From: Lama guanicoe
Lineage: Eukaryota
Assembly (NCBI GenBank): GCA_013239625.1
Contig: MU054187.1
Coordinates: 8,823,231 to 8,887,230, forward strand
Reading direction: 5' to 3'
Length of the DNA: 64,000 nucleotides
Shown: positions 62,855 through 64,000 of the stretch, piece by piece
How positions within the stretch are numbered: the first letter of the stretch is position 1
Layout: each line of letters starts with the position of its first letter
Notes under the pieces: model-generated
Databases searched by the model: none
What the model saw: the letters and a program-made list of their open reading frames with translations, nothing else
Told to the model about the DNA's origin: nothing
Made by a program: the position numbers and the translations under genes

Positions 62855-64000
62855 CATCTGGATAATATGGATCATTTTTCTTAATTATTTTAAAGGAATA
62901 TCTAAATTCATAAAAGAAGTAAGCAAAATCTCTTGGGGGCCAAAAATAAAGAAGAAATTGAAAACCAGAGCAGTGAGCTATCTCTGAGCTTTTCACTACA
63001 TTGAGAACTTTCCTTATTTATCGAAATCAAGTGGCTTGTGTTTTAACAGCCAAATAAGGACAGGAGACATGGCCTTGGCCTTAAACGTGGGGAGTTGTAA
63101 TGGAGTCCCTCTGTAAATTAGAAATTTTCAAAAACTGCAATTTCAGAAAAACAGTAAGCTAGAAAAATATCTAATCTCCAATCTTTAGTAGTAATTAGAT
63201 ACCTTGTCAATCCTAATCTGTATTTCTAGTTTAAAAAACAAAAAAACAATACCAGCTCTAACACTGGAGACTATGTTAATTATAGTCTGCTTAGCATTCC
63301 AGGAAGTTCAGATATCAACATAAAAAATAGTACCTGAATTGTTACATTCCCTAGAGCATCTAAAAGATCCAAACATAAAATATCTCTAAAGGGACATATC
63401 CTCAAATCAGTCAATCCAGACCATATCAGACTCCCATACATAAAATCCCAGGGAAAATTACCTCAACATCCAAAATTATGAAATTATATGAGAAACAAGT
63501 CACCATAAGAAAAATCTATGAGAAACAACAAATAGCAGAATTAGAACACTAGGAATAGTAAATACTATAATTACTGAATACTGAGCATAAATAAATAGTA
63601 AAAATAAACATGAGATACAAGATATTATCCAAAAAGACCAGGAAGATGAAAAAATAATAAAGAACTTCAGAAATTAAGACTATAGTTATAAAAATGTTAT
63701 TAAACTCAGAGGATGTTTCAAAGACCAAAGAAGACACAGTTAAAGAGAGAATTAAAGAAATGGAAGAAAAATGGATAGGAAATAGAATGGAGAAAATAAA
63801 ATGAAAAACATAAAAGAGGTTATAAAATATGAAAGATGGAATTATATGGCCCAACATTTAGACTAGAACTCGTAAAGGGTGAAAATAAGCAGAAGAGATT
63901 AACAAAGGATGCTGACTGAGAATTTTTCAGAATTGATAGAAGATGCTAAATTTCAGATTCAGGAATAGCAAAGAACCCCAAAGAGTATAAAAGAGAGGAA
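62855..64000 (+). mobile_element. Old L1 (L1ME/HAL1-like) 5' region and degenerate ORF1, running off the window
   Basis: A-rich coiled-coil-like stretch and gctgactgagaatttttcagaattgat...cagattcaggaa...gaacccca, typical of ORF1. Confidence 0.75.

Noticed and set aside
1..64000. CRISPR arrays, rRNA, prokaryotic operons or defence systems
   Set aside because: The sequence is mammalian and repeat-rich, and nothing of this kind is visible.

Overview
This is mammalian non-coding DNA, most likely camelid (camel/alpaca/llama). The inference rests on a tRNA-derived Vic-1-type SINE at 47220-47362 and on camelid-style L1 3' tails. About half of the window is recognisable interspersed repeat: L1 fragments of several ages, L2, MIR, L3/CR1, hAT-Charlie MITEs, several solo LTRs with intact target-site duplications (TSDs), and a 5'-truncated class I endogenous retrovirus (degenerate pol, deleted env, polypurine tract, 3' LTR) at about 46.3-50.6 kb. 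I cannot identify any protein-coding gene. Most ORFs in the supplied track are chance frames or repeat fragments. Repeat-poor blocks (about 22.2-23.8, 30.7-34.4, 42-44, 51.2-53.4, 56.7-58.6 and 59.3-62 kb) carry regulatory-type motifs and several weak minus-strand exon candidates. L1/LTR orientation bias suggests the window lies in an intron of a minus-strand gene. I found no convincing new biological system. The most testable leads are the candidate minus-strand exons, a MER41-like LTR, a motif-dense candidate enhancer at 51.85-52.02 kb and the ERV remnant. Repeat family names come from recalled consensus features, not from a database search. Boundaries without a stated TSD are approximate.
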